Below are positions 29,338-38,347 of a stretch of DNA of 64,000 nucleotides, one piece after another. The stretch covers positions 64,001-128,000 of the forward strand of contig JAVLKG010000006.1 in the NCBI GenBank assembly GCA_032128875.1. The letters are read 5' to 3'. Source of the DNA: Candidatus Melainabacteria bacterium 17Bon1m (GTDB taxonomy: Bacteria; Cyanobacteriota; Vampirovibrionia; Obscuribacterales; Obscuribacteraceae). The notes beneath the pieces are model-generated. The model searched no databases. It had not been told where the DNA came from and was given only the letters and a program-made list of their open reading frames with translations. Each line of letters opens with the position of its first letter. Position 1 is the stretch's first letter. The translations under genes were made by a program, and so were the position numbers.

Positions 29338-31437
29338 ATGGATGTCAACCTGCTCGCGGTCCTAGGATGTGGCGCAGCGGCAATTCTTTATGTGATTGTC
29401 GTTGGAAGTTACGTGCTCGGTCTTAGCCCCGGTAACGAAAGAATGCAGGAGATTGCTGCTGCAATCGAGCAGGGCGCAAATGCATTCATGAAACGCCAAT
29501 ACACGTCAGTTGCCTTGGTCGGTGTCGGACTATTCATCATCATCGGATCGCTTCTTCCGAAAGACGGATGGGTGACTGCTGCAGGTTTCGCCGTTGGAGC
29601 CACGTTGAGTTCGCTGGCTGGAATCTTTGGGATGAAAGTTTCCGTTAAGGCAAACGTGCGCACTGCCGAAGCTGCCCGCGGCGGTTTGGCTAAAGCGCTG
29701 GACGTCGCCTTCAAAGGCGGGTCTGTGACAGGTCTACTGGTTGTCGGTCTCGGTCTCATCGGTGTTGCCGGCTTCTACATGGCAACGAAGAACGTCAATG
29801 CTCTGGTTGGCTTGGGCTTCGGCGCCAGTTTGGTTTCAGTATTCGCCCGTCTGGGCGGTGGTATCTACACCAAAGCAGCCGACGTCGGCGCTGACCTTGT
29901 AGGAAAAGTTGAAGCCGGAATCCCTGAGGACGACCCGCGTAACCCTGCTGTTATCGCTGATAACGTAGGCGACAACGTCGGTGACTGCGCAGGTATGGCC
30001 GCTGACCTTTTCGAAACATACGCCGTTACAGCTGTTGCCACTATGCTTCTGGCATCGCAACAGTTCAAAGAGCAAATCGCTGCAGGCAGAGGAGAAATTC
30101 TCTACTATCCGCTCATCCTCGGCGGCGCTTCTATCATTACTTCAATCGTAGGTTGTTTCTTCGTTCGTCTCGGCAAGAAGAACAACATCATGGGTGCTTT
30201 GTATAACGGTCTTGTCTGGTCGGCAATTCTTGCCGGTGTCGCATTCTGGTTCGTCACCGACAAATATATGGGCGGACTGCAGTACACGACCCTCAGTCTC
30301 TGGTCGGCTGCAATGGTCGGCTTGGTTGTAACCGGTGCAATCGTTGTTATCACCGAGTATTACACCTCTACTTCGTTCGGTCCGGTTAAGTACATCGCAA
30401 AAGCTTCCGAAACTGGAAGTGCAACAAACATCATCGCCGGTCTTGCAGTTTCGCTGAAAGCAACTGCATTCCCTGTAATAGCGATCGTTATCGGTATCAT
30501 CGTTTCGTTTGCACTTTGCGGTGTGTTTGGTGTCGCCCTGGCTGCAATGTCCATGCTTTCAATGGCAGGCATCATCGTCGCTATCGACTCTTACGGACCA
30601 ATTACAGATAACGCCGGCGGTATCGCAGAAATGGCTGAACTTCCCAAAGAAGTTCGCGAAGTCACCGATCCGCTTGATGCCGTGGGTAATACCACTAAAG
30701 CTGTGACCAAAGGCTATGCAATCGGCTCTGCCGGACTTGCTGCTCTCGTGCTCTTCAGCTCATACACTGAAGAATTGAACATGGCATTGCAGAATGCAGC
30801 GTTGGCGGCTGGAAAAACAGCAGCCGAAGCTAATGTCATTCACTTTGATTTGTCCAACCCTTATGTTGTTTCCGGTTTGTTCCTCGGCGGTCTCATTCCA
30901 TTCTTGTTCGCTGCAATGGCTATGGAAGCTGTTGGTCATGCAGGCGGAATGGTTGTAACCGAAGTTCGCCGTCAGTTTAAAGAACGCCCGGGCATCATGG
31001 ATGGTACCGCTAAGCCTGACTATGCTGCCTGCGTAGACATCGTAACCAAGGAAGCTATCCGTCAAATGATTGTTCCTTCGCTCCTTCCAGTGTTGACTCC
31101 TGTAGTCATCGCTGTCTTAGGCGCTTGCTTCTTGAATGATGCTCTGCCTGGTGAATACGCTGCTGCCAAACTTCTTGGCGGAGTACTGGTTGGCAGTATC
31201 GTTACGGGTCTCTTCGTTGCAATCTCGATGACATCGGGTGGTGGCGCATGGGATAACGCCAAGAAATACATTGAAGAAGGCAACCATGGCGGCAAAGGTT
31301 CTGAAGCTCACAAAGCCGCAGTTACCGGCGATACCGTCGGCGATCCTTACAAAGATACCGCCGGTCCCGCTATCAACCCGATGATCAAGATTTTGAACAT
31401 CGTTGCTCTCCTCATGGTGGCATTCCTCGTTCAGTAA
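29338..31437 (+). CDS. hppA: Membrane-bound proton-translocating pyrophosphatase, K+-independent type
   Basis: [43 protein letters not shown] carries the Lys determinant of K+-independence. Confidence 0.96.
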   Translation: MDVNLLAVLGCGAAAILYVIVVGSYVLGLSPGNERMQEIAAAIEQGANAFMKRQYTSVALVGVGLFIIIGSLLPKDGWVTAAGFAVGATLSSLAGIFGMKVSVKANVRTAEAARGGLAKALDVAFKGGSVTGLLVVGLGLIGVAGFYMATKNVNALVGLGFGASLVSVFARLGGGIYTKAADVGADLVGKVEAGIPEDDPRNPAVIADNVGDNVGDCAGMAADLFETYAVTAVATMLLASQQFKEQIAAGRGEILYYPLILGGASIITSIVGCFFVRLGKKNNIMGALYNGLVWSAILAGVAFWFVTDKYMGGLQYTTLSLWSAAMVGLVVTGAIVVITEYYTSTSFGPVKYIAKASETGSATNIIAGLAVSLKATAFPVIAIVIGIIVSFALCGVFGVALAAMSMLSMAGIIVAIDSYGPITDNAGGIAEMAELPKEVREVTDPLDAVGNTTKAVTKGYAIGSAGLAALVLFSSYTEELNMALQNAALAAGKTAAEANVIHFDLSNPYVVSGLFLGGLIPFLFAAMAMEAVGHAGGMVVTEVRRQFKERPGIMDGTAKPDYAACVDIVTKEAIRQMIVPSLLPVLTPVVIAVLGACFLNDALPGEYAAAKLLGGVLVGSIVTGLFVAISMTSGGGAWDNAKKYIEEGNHGGKGSEAHKAAVTGDTVGDPYKDTAGPAINPMIKILNIVALLMVAFLVQ

Positions 31438-31445
31438 ACGGCTAA

Positions 31446-31880
31446 ATGAGCCAAATCCGCATCGCAAACAAACAGGATGAAACGCACATTCGTGCGCTCG
31501 CAAAGGACGCCCTGGCGAGTATCTCGCAAGAGATCGACCTGAATGGGAACGATGCGGATTTGAAGAATGTCGAATGGAGCTACTTCGCTCACGACGGGAT
31601 TTTCCTCGTGTTGGAAGTGAACGGCAAAATTGCAGGATATGCGGGCGCCGCAAAATTGTCTGATGATGCAATTGAGCTGAAGCGCTTGTTTGTTCAGCCT
31701 GATTCCGCCGCCAGTCTAGAAGGCTTGCTGGATATGCTGATCGATTTTGCTCGCAAAATGGACTATCGAATTCTGGTGTGTGCAGATGGTGCAGCTGCTT
31801 TCGCTCCAGCCAAAATGCTTTCTACAAAGAAGTTCGAGAATAAGGACGGGCGCCTTGTTCTAAACGTGTGGAGTGCTTAG
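31446..31880 (+). CDS. GNAT-fold protein (possibly degenerate acetyltransferase)
   Basis: IRIAN..DE..IRAL, FLVLEVNGKIAGYAG, IELKRLFVQP. The R/QxxGxG acetyl-CoA loop is degenerate. Confidence 0.7.
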   Translation: MSQIRIANKQDETHIRALAKDALASISQEIDLNGNDADLKNVEWSYFAHDGIFLVLEVNGKIAGYAGAAKLSDDAIELKRLFVQPDSAASLEGLLDMLIDFARKMDYRILVCADGAAAFAPAKMLSTKKFENKDGRLVLNVWSA

Positions 31881-31881
31881 A

Positions 31882-31905
31882 AATTAAAGCGTTATCGCTT
31901 TAATT
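31882..31905. repeat. Dispersed palindromic repeat, family A, copy 2
   Basis: AATTAAAGCG-TTAT-CGCTTTAATT, a perfect 10-bp stem immediately after the stop codon. Confidence 0.75.
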
Positions 31906-31971
31906 AATGAGTGACTAACAACTTGCGGCGCAGCCAGCAAGTCAAGCGAAATTTCCGATCTTAGTGCTTGT

Positions 31972-32009
31972 TCGTGGAAGTTTAAGCGTTAACGCTTTAA
32001 CTTCCACGA
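31972..32009. repeat. Dispersed palindromic repeat, family A, copy 3 (longest; may double as terminator)
   Basis: TCGTGGAAGTTTAAGCGTTAACGCTTTAACTTCCACGA, a 38-bp palindrome with one T-T mismatch, followed by CTTCTTTTT. Confidence 0.8.
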
Positions 32010-32192
32010 CTTCTTTTTAGCGCCTGGGCTTGGTTTGAGGGGATTTGCCAGGGGCAGGAACTTCCAAGACTTAGGGCGGTCATTTACTGACAACCGCAGG
32101 ATTCTTAGCGCCGTTTAAGCATTTGAAGCCTGTGGAATGAATCATATGTAGACAGTTGTCCGGTAGCTTCGAAAACGAAGCGGGAGCGACTC

Positions 32193-32339
32193 ATGGAGAA
32201 GATTTCTCTGAAGACCATTTGGATGGCCGTGATGGTCGGCATGTTGATTGCTACGGCTCCCGGCTGGATGTTTGATCCGAAGCATCAGACGTCCAATTAC
32301 GATGCTCCCTGGATTTATCCAGGCTGCGTGCATCACTAG
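32193..32339 (+). CDS. Small (48 aa) putative membrane-anchored or secreted peptide
   Basis: Manual translation gives MEKISLKTIWMAVMVGMLIATAPGWMFDPKHQTSNYDAPWIYPGCVHH*. GGGAG SD sits 6 nt upstream and the ORF fills the gap without overlaps. It is below the ORF-track cutoff. Confidence 0.6.
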   Translation: MEKISLKTIWMAVMVGMLIATAPGWMFDPKHQTSNYDAPWIYPGCVHH

Positions 32340-32354
32340 AGCAGAAGGCTCTAC

Positions 32355-32942
32355 CTAACCTTTGGGCTTGAGGAAGCTGTATTCGGCATCCTCAAGCATT
32401 TTTTTTATAGGCGTAGGTTCGCTCGGACGGTCTTCCAGCGGGCGCAAAGGTAGCTGCCACCATGATACGTCGTGCCACTTTTCGAATTTGTATCCTACGC
32501 CTTTGTACAGCCCTGTTTGCACGAAGCCAACGGACTTGTGCAACGCTTCGCTGCCAGGATTGGGCATTGTAATTCCGGCAAAGGCGTTGCAAAATCCTTG
32601 TTTCTTCAAAAGTGGCAAAAGAATTTCGTAAAGGGCTTTTCCTTTGCCGGTGCCATGAAAGCCTTCTTTTACATATACCGAAACGTTGGCAGAAAATCTG
32701 TAGGCAGCACGCTCCATATGTTGTCCGGCGTACGCATAAGCAACAGGTTGACCGTCTTGCTCGTAAATCAAGTACGGAAATTGCGTCAGAGTTTTTTCGA
32801 TGCGGTTGCGGATTTCCTTAAGGTCGGGCGGCTCTATTTCAAATGTCGACGGCGATTTCAGGCAATACGGTGCATAGATATCCAGTACGCTTTGAGCATC
32901 ATTACTGGTGGCTAATCTTATCGGTTGTACTATTGCCGTCAT
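32355..32942 (-). CDS. GNAT N-acetyltransferase (phosphinothricin/YncA-ArsN-like)
   Basis: IYAPY...STFEIEPP, AYAYAG..ERAAY, SVYV...HGTGKGKALY, GYKFEKWHDV.W. Start moved to ATG 32942 (GAGG SD). Confidence 0.9.
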   Translation of the reverse strand: MTAIVQPIRLATSNDAQSVLDIYAPYCLKSPSTFEIEPPDLKEIRNRIEKTLTQFPYLIYEQDGQPVAYAYAGQHMERAAYRFSANVSVYVKEGFHGTGKGKALYEILLPLLKKQGFCNAFAGITMPNPGSEALHKSVGFVQTGLYKGVGYKFEKWHDVSWWQLPLRPLEDRPSEPTPIKKMLEDAEYSFLKPKG

Positions 32943-33037
32943 TGCCAATCGCCTCTTTTGTTGACGCTTTAACCAAACCTGTGCCACCATTCGAAACAGG
33001 CAGCAAAACTATGAATTAGATAGAATCTGAACAGCTC

Positions 33038-35425
33038 ATGATTATGTTTCCGCCAATAGTCTACAAGATTGGAAATGTCATCAAATATTCGATGATGGTC
33101 TTGTGCACTGCACTTGTTCTGGCGGTGACCATTTTTGGCGCGTTGGTTTGCTGGGATTTGCGTGATATTCCGGACCTTGCTTATCTGGAGCATTACCATC
33201 ATGGATCGCCGATTGAGATTTACGACCGCAACGATAAGCTCGTATTGACCGTCAATCCCGGTGTAAAGCATCGCGTCGTTCCCTTGAGTCAAGTTTCCAG
33301 CCAAATGACTCAAGCTGTCGTGGCTGTAGAAGATCGACAGTTTTTTGAACATGCCGGCGTTAGTTTTATCGGTGTGACACGCGCCATGCTGGTGAACATA
33401 AGGGCCGGCAGAATGGTCGAGGGCGGTTCTACAATTACGCAGCAACTAGTAAAAAATCTATTTCACGAAGGTGAGAAGCGGACATTGATCCGCAAGTTGT
33501 CCGAGACCGCACTTGCATTCATGATTGAGTGCCGCTACAGCAAATGGCAGATTTTGCAAGCTTATCTCAACGAGATCTATTTCGGAAACGGTGCTTGGGG
33601 CGTGGAACAAGCTGCGATGACTTATTTCGGAAAGCATGCTTCCGCACTTACACTGCCGGAGGCTGCATTCATCGCTGGTTTGATCAAGAGTCCGTCTATT
33701 TTGGGAAATCCAAATAATAGACTCGACGCTCTCAAGCGCCAGAAGCAAGTGCTCGGCTTGATGTCGGAAAACGGCTACATCACTTCTGGACAATATGAGT
33801 ATGCCATGATGACCCCTCTGCGTTTTGGAGGTAAAGGCACCACTGTTGATACTGCTCCATTTGATAAATACCCTTATTTCATTTCGTATGTTCTTGAAGT
33901 AGTAAAGACTCTTCTCCCGGATGAAGGTGATACAACCCGCATAGGCCGCGGGGTCAGGGTGTATACCACTCTTGATCAAGATGCCCAAAAAATCGCTGAG
34001 GCGACTATTCAAAAAGGAATTGATCGAGCGCCGCGCGGAATTGATGAAGGTGCAATTGTTGCTTGTTCTGTTTCCAACGGAGCAGTGAGAGCACTTGTCG
34101 GCGGCGCCGGAGACTTTTGGAAAAGCCAGTGGAATTGCGCTACCAACCCTCATACAGCTGGTTCTTCATTCAAACCATTTGTCTATTTGGCTGCCTTCAT
34201 CAACGGTGCGCTCGACAGTGAAAGTTTTCTCGACGATACAAAATTGGAGGTTCCTCAGATCGGTGGGACTACCTATATGCCGAAAAATTACGATGGCAAG
34301 TTTCTCGGCAAAGTGACAGTCAGACAGGCTCTCTATCAGTCGCGAAATGTTTGCGCTGTTAAAGTGGCCCGTCAAATTGGTATGCAACCAATCATCATGG
34401 CTGCTCAAGATGCAGGTATTAAGTCGCAATTGCAGCCCAATTTGTCTTTGGCATTAGGAAGCGCTGCCGTCACGCCACTGGAAATGGCTGGTGCTTACGG
34501 CACACTTGCACGAGGCGGGGTGGCCGTGGAGCCCTGGATGGTACGTATGATTACTTCGTTGGACGGCCGAGCGATTCTGCACAAATATGACCCCTATTTG
34601 CACCGCGTATTCGATCCAGCTTGTGTGCTCGAATTGAATTCAATTCTCGAAGATGTTGTAACGAAGGGGACCGGAGTCGCGGCGAAATTGAAGGACAGAA
34701 CGGTTGCCGGAAAAACCGGCACGTCTGATAACTCGACGGATCTCTGGTTTGTCGGCTTCACAACCGACATGGTTACTGCTGTGTGGGCTGGAAACAAAAA
34801 TCACAGCATGGCGATCGGTAAGAAGGTTACCGGTGGCACTGTTGCCGCTGCGATTTTCCATGACTTCAATCAAAACTATTACAAGGTGCACAAGTTGCCG
34901 CCTGGAGAGGTTGTTGCGAAATCGAGCAATTCGAAGTCGAAAGGTGACTACGAAGTCACTGCACCCATAAAAGCCGCTAAAAAAGCGCCTCCACGAGCAG
35001 CCGCTGCACAGAAGCAATGGGCGCCTGGAACACCAGAGCAGTTTCAACAAGAGTCTAAGCCTGAACTCAAGGCTCTGCCCTTGCCTCAATTGCAGCCTGA
35101 ATCAGGCACGTGGCAAGCTTCGCACCCAGCAGCAGATGCCTCGTCCAGTCCAGTTCCAAGTCCGGCTCCTGCACCGAGTCCAAAAGCTGAGCCCGTCTTG
35201 ACCGACGGCAAGGGCGGTTTGCGCGCAACAGCAGGCGCGCTGGCATTACCTGTGGTGGCACACCCAAAACGTTCTGCTCAACCGAGAAAACCGGTAAACA
35301 AAAATCGACGCGCTTATCAGACAACTTATCCGGGCGGCCGTCGCCCGGGCCAACCCGCCTCACATCCAGCCGGAGGCGTTGTAGTTCGCTCCGAAAGAGG
35401 GTTGCGAGAGTTTCGCTGGCGCTGA
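33038..35425 (+). CDS. Class A penicillin-binding protein (PBP1A family) with Pro/Ala-rich tail
   Basis: Transglycosylase motifs EDRQFFEH, GGSTITQQLVKN, RKLSE, YLNEIYFG; transpeptidase motifs GSSFKP, SRN, GKTGT. Confidence 0.94.
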   Translation: MIMFPPIVYKIGNVIKYSMMVLCTALVLAVTIFGALVCWDLRDIPDLAYLEHYHHGSPIEIYDRNDKLVLTVNPGVKHRVVPLSQVSSQMTQAVVAVEDRQFFEHAGVSFIGVTRAMLVNIRAGRMVEGGSTITQQLVKNLFHEGEKRTLIRKLSETALAFMIECRYSKWQILQAYLNEIYFGNGAWGVEQAAMTYFGKHASALTLPEAAFIAGLIKSPSILGNPNNRLDALKRQKQVLGLMSENGYITSGQYEYAMMTPLRFGGKGTTVDTAPFDKYPYFISYVLEVVKTLLPDEGDTTRIGRGVRVYTTLDQDAQKIAEATIQKGIDRAPRGIDEGAIVACSVSNGAVRALVGGAGDFWKSQWNCATNPHTAGSSFKPFVYLAAFINGALDSESFLDDTKLEVPQIGGTTYMPKNYDGKFLGKVTVRQALYQSRNVCAVKVARQIGMQPIIMAAQDAGIKSQLQPNLSLALGSAAVTPLEMAGAYGTLARGGVAVEPWMVRMITSLDGRAILHKYDPYLHRVFDPACVLELNSILEDVVTKGTGVAAKLKDRTVAGKTGTSDNSTDLWFVGFTTDMVTAVWAGNKNHSMAIGKKVTGGTVAAAIFHDFNQNYYKVHKLPPGEVVAKSSNSKSKGDYEVTAPIKAAKKAPPRAAAAQKQWAPGTPEQFQQESKPELKALPLPQLQPESGTWQASHPAADASSSPVPSPAPAPSPKAEPVLTDGKGGLRATAGALALPVVAHPKRSAQPRKPVNKNRRAYQTTYPGGRRPGQPASHPAGGVVVRSERGLREFRWR

Positions 35426-35524
35426 TGAGCCGGTTCTACGTGAAGTTTTCCCCCAGTCCTGAGAATTTCTCTCTGGAAAAATTTCGGCGTTGTCATATAA
35501 TCTGCCTCTGCATATATAAGGACC

Positions 35525-36595
35525 GTGATCAAAATGGATAATAAAAAGGGCAGAAGCTCGGCTGGTGGAAAGCGCACAGGCTCAGGCGGTGCGTATGGTA
35601 AGAAGCCGGGCGGCGGCGGCGGCAAGCCCGCTGGGCGTTTTGGCAAGCCCTCTGGCGGCGGCAAACCCGGTGGCGGCAAGTTTGGCAGTAAGCCAAGAGC
35701 CGGCGGCAAGCCCAAATTCAAGTCTGAAGGTGGCGAATCGGAAGGCGGCAGCTACAAACGCACCAGCACAGACCGTACTCGTAAGTTTGAAGGTGAAGGT
35801 GGCGATAAGAAGCCTTATGGTCGTACCGGTGGTAAGTTCGCCGGCTCCGGCTCCGGTGCAGGTAGAAAGCCATATGGTCGTACATCAGAAGGCGGCGGTT
35901 ATGAAGGACGCACTTCACGCGCTCGCTCCTCGGAAGGCGGCGGTTATGAAGGACGCACTTCACGCGCTCGCTCCTCAGAAGGCGGCGGTTATGAAGGACG
36001 CACTTCGCGTGCTCGCTCCTCAGAAGGCGGCGGCTACGAAGGACGCACTTCACGCGCTCGCTCTTCGGAAGGCGGCGGCTATGAAGGACGCACCTCACGC
36101 CCACGTTCTTCGGAAGGTGGTGGTTACGCCGGACGCACCTCGCGGACCGGTTCGTCATCAGGTGGCTATGAAGGACGCTCTTCAGGAGCAAGACCCGGCT
36201 ATGAAGAACGTAAGTCGCGTGAACAATCATCTGAAGGCAGAGAAGGTCGTCCAGGTGGCGGCTATGGTCGCAGCCGTGAGGGCGGATACGACGGTGCACG
36301 GCCGCGCACGAGCCGTGATGATCGCGCACCTCGAGGCGACAGAGGTGGCTCATTCGACCAGCCAGCTGACCCGAATTCCGTTTTCCTCAAGATGACCATC
36401 AGCAAGGATCTCGTTCAAAGAGCTAAAGATCTCGCCTCCGACAATGAAATGAGCTTGACTGATTTCTTGCCCAAGCTGTTCGAAGTGGCGGTTAATTCGC
36501 TCGAGCGCGCCGCTTACCGCAAGCGCACCTATGTGACGGAAGCCGCATCGCAAAACAAAAAGACCGTAAAGACCTGGCGTCCGAAAGAAGAATAA
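35525..36595 (+). CDS. Gly/Arg/Ser/Tyr-rich low-complexity repeat protein with C-terminal ribbon-helix-helix-like domain
   Basis: About 280 aa of G/K/R/S/Y-rich sequence, then SVFLKMTISKDLVQRAKDLASDNEMSLTDFLPKLFEVAV. Substitutions among the first four repeat units are synonymous in this frame, which supports it as the coding frame. Confidence 0.8.
   Translation: MIKMDNKKGRSSAGGKRTGSGGAYGKKPGGGGGKPAGRFGKPSGGGKPGGGKFGSKPRAGGKPKFKSEGGESEGGSYKRTSTDRTRKFEGEGGDKKPYGRTGGKFAGSGSGAGRKPYGRTSEGGGYEGRTSRARSSEGGGYEGRTSRARSSEGGGYEGRTSRARSSEGGGYEGRTSRARSSEGGGYEGRTSRPRSSEGGGYAGRTSRTGSSSGGYEGRSSGARPGYEERKSREQSSEGREGRPGGGYGRSREGGYDGARPRTSRDDRAPRGDRGGSFDQPADPNSVFLKMTISKDLVQRAKDLASDNEMSLTDFLPKLFEVAVNSLERAAYRKRTYVTEAASQNKKTVKTWRPKEE
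35885..36154 (+). repeat. Intragenic tandem repeat, 6 x 45 bp (SEGGGYEGRTSRARS) plus a degenerate 7th unit
   Basis: Units start at 35885, 35930, 35975, 36020, 36065 and 36110. Confidence 0.95.
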
Positions 36596-36621
36596 GTGCG
36601 ATAAGAGCAAAACTTTGGCGT

Positions 36622-37659
36622 TCACAACAACTTTGTGAACGGCGAGAAAAGCACGTAATACATCACCGCAGATCCTAGCGCCGCTCCTGGAATAGTAATA
36701 AACCAGGCGATCAGCATTTCTCGGGCGACTAGCCAGTGCACACCCTTCTTGCGCTCAGCTGTGCCCACACCCATGACCGCAGATGTTATCACCTGAGAGG
36801 CAGATACTGGTCCGCCTGTCGCCGAGGCATAGACTAGAACCGCTGCCGCCGCCGCTTGCGTAACGAAGCCGTGGACCGGTCGTAAGCGGAAGATGTCTGT
36901 CCCTACCTTTCGCACTATCCGCGGTGCAAGTGATGCAATACCGAGAATCATTGCTGTTGCCGTGAGAATGCGCACCCAGAGCGGAACAGTGTTCACATTC
37001 ATTCCCAATGAATGAAGAGAGAGCAGAGCAACACCCATCACCTTTTGAGTGTCGTTAGCCCCATGCCCGAAAGACACCAGAGCTAAAGCAGGTAGTTGCG
37101 CCAATTTCAGCCACTTATTCACGCGCGAGCTTGCCTTCATCAGAAGAAACATGGTGATCTTGAGGGTAATGTAGCCGGCAATGAAGCCCACCATAGGAGA
37201 GAGAAACAAGCTGACTATCACCTTCGCAAGTCCTGTGGCATCGACAATGTGCCGCAGCTCGCCCCAGACGATCAGCTGCGTTCCGCCTCCTGCAGCCACC
37301 ACCGCGCCCAGTAATCCACCAACCAGTGCGTGCGTAGAACTTGATGGGAAGCCCAGTTGTTTGGTCAAATAATTCCATGTAATCGCAGCAGTCATAGCGC
37401 AGGCTAGCCAAACCAGGACTGTAGGATTGTCTGGAAAGTGAGCGATCGATTTGACGGTGCTGGCTACAGCGGAGCCGCCAAAGAGTGCACCTGAAAATTC
37501 GAAAGTGGCAACAAGCAAAACTGTTTGTTTCGGCGTCAGGGCGCGGCTGCCGATTACCGAGGCCGCAACCGTGCTGCCGTCCTGAAATCCATTGGAGTAC
37601 GCAAAAACAGCGGAGAGGAATATGACAAAAATTAGGATAATGGTTGCATCAGTGTCCAA
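36622..37659 (-). CDS. Inorganic phosphate transporter (PiT family)
   Basis: NGFQDG, GFPSSSTHALVGG, HGANDTQKVMG, PVSASQVITSAVMGVG. Confidence 0.93.
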   Translation of the reverse strand: MDTDATIILIFVIFLSAVFAYSNGFQDGSTVAASVIGSRALTPKQTVLLVATFEFSGALFGGSAVASTVKSIAHFPDNPTVLVWLACAMTAAITWNYLTKQLGFPSSSTHALVGGLLGAVVAAGGGTQLIVWGELRHIVDATGLAKVIVSLFLSPMVGFIAGYITLKITMFLLMKASSRVNKWLKLAQLPALALVSFGHGANDTQKVMGVALLSLHSLGMNVNTVPLWVRILTATAMILGIASLAPRIVRKVGTDIFRLRPVHGFVTQAAAAAVLVYASATGGPVSASQVITSAVMGVGTAERKKGVHWLVAREMLIAWFITIPGAALGSAVMYYVLFSPFTKLL

Positions 37660-37685
37660 ATTCGACTCCGTCTAAGGTTAGTCTC

Positions 37686-38321
37686 TTAGCTGATTTTCAC
37701 TATCACGTGTTGCAGTTTTGCTCCCACTCTGTCGATATGCTCGGCGGCAACAACAAAACTTCTGTAGACCTCGACCGTGCGCATGATTTTCTTTAAGTCA
37801 TTGATGGAAAAAAGCTCTCTCATCGCCTGCCGGTAGACTTTCGATAGACGATTCTCAGATTTTCGCGCCAGGGACGCTTGCACTTCGGCTTCGGAAAAGT
37901 TTTTCTCCCTCAGTGTTGTGAATGCATTGACGAGACATCGCGCGCCTTCTACCAGCGTCCGGGCCATCTCCGTCATGTAGGCATCTTCCGGATTCATCGT
38001 GAACGCTTCAATCTCGCGTGCAGTCCCTTTTGCAGAGTTGATAATTTCATCAAGGCGCGTCGAGAGGTCGTAAATATCTTCTCTATCGAATGGCGTCACA
38101 AATGAATCCACAAGCCGCTTTTGCAAATCCAGCTTGATCTCGTCTGCTTTCGACTCGAAGTCTCTCACTGTCTGGCAGCGCTCATCGGCTCCATCGTTAA
38201 TCCAGCATTCCAGCGCTTCCAGCCCGTGAAGTGTCATCGTTGCTTGATCGATGAGTATCTTGTAAAAATCGGTTTGTGGTTCAAAAACCTTGCTGAACCA
38301 GCCAGGATTCTTATCTGCCAT
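37686..38321 (-). CDS. DUF47 / PhoU-like phosphate transport regulator
   Basis: ESKADEIK...FVTPFDREDIYDL..RLDEI. Adjacent to the PiT gene. Confidence 0.92.
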   Translation of the reverse strand: MADKNPGWFSKVFEPQTDFYKILIDQATMTLHGLEALECWINDGADERCQTVRDFESKADEIKLDLQKRLVDSFVTPFDREDIYDLSTRLDEIINSAKGTAREIEAFTMNPEDAYMTEMARTLVEGARCLVNAFTTLREKNFSEAEVQASLARKSENRLSKVYRQAMRELFSINDLKKIMRTVEVYRSFVVAAEHIDRVGAKLQHVIVKIS

Positions 38322-38347
38322 TTTTTTTCTAGTGCTCCCCCAATATT

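Noticed and set aside
32142-32336. 64-aa minus-strand ORF
   Set aside because: No SD or protein-like features. The opposite-strand 48-aa ORF has an SD and a signal-like N-terminus.
35885-36154. Regularly spaced repeats as a possible CRISPR array
   Set aside because: Head-to-tail 45-bp units with no unique spacers, in frame within a CDS, and no cas genes.
35565-36395. Alternative-frame repeat ORFs (276 aa plus strand, 211 aa minus strand)
   Set aside because: By-products of the stop-free repeat. Unit-to-unit changes are synonymous only in the 35525 frame.
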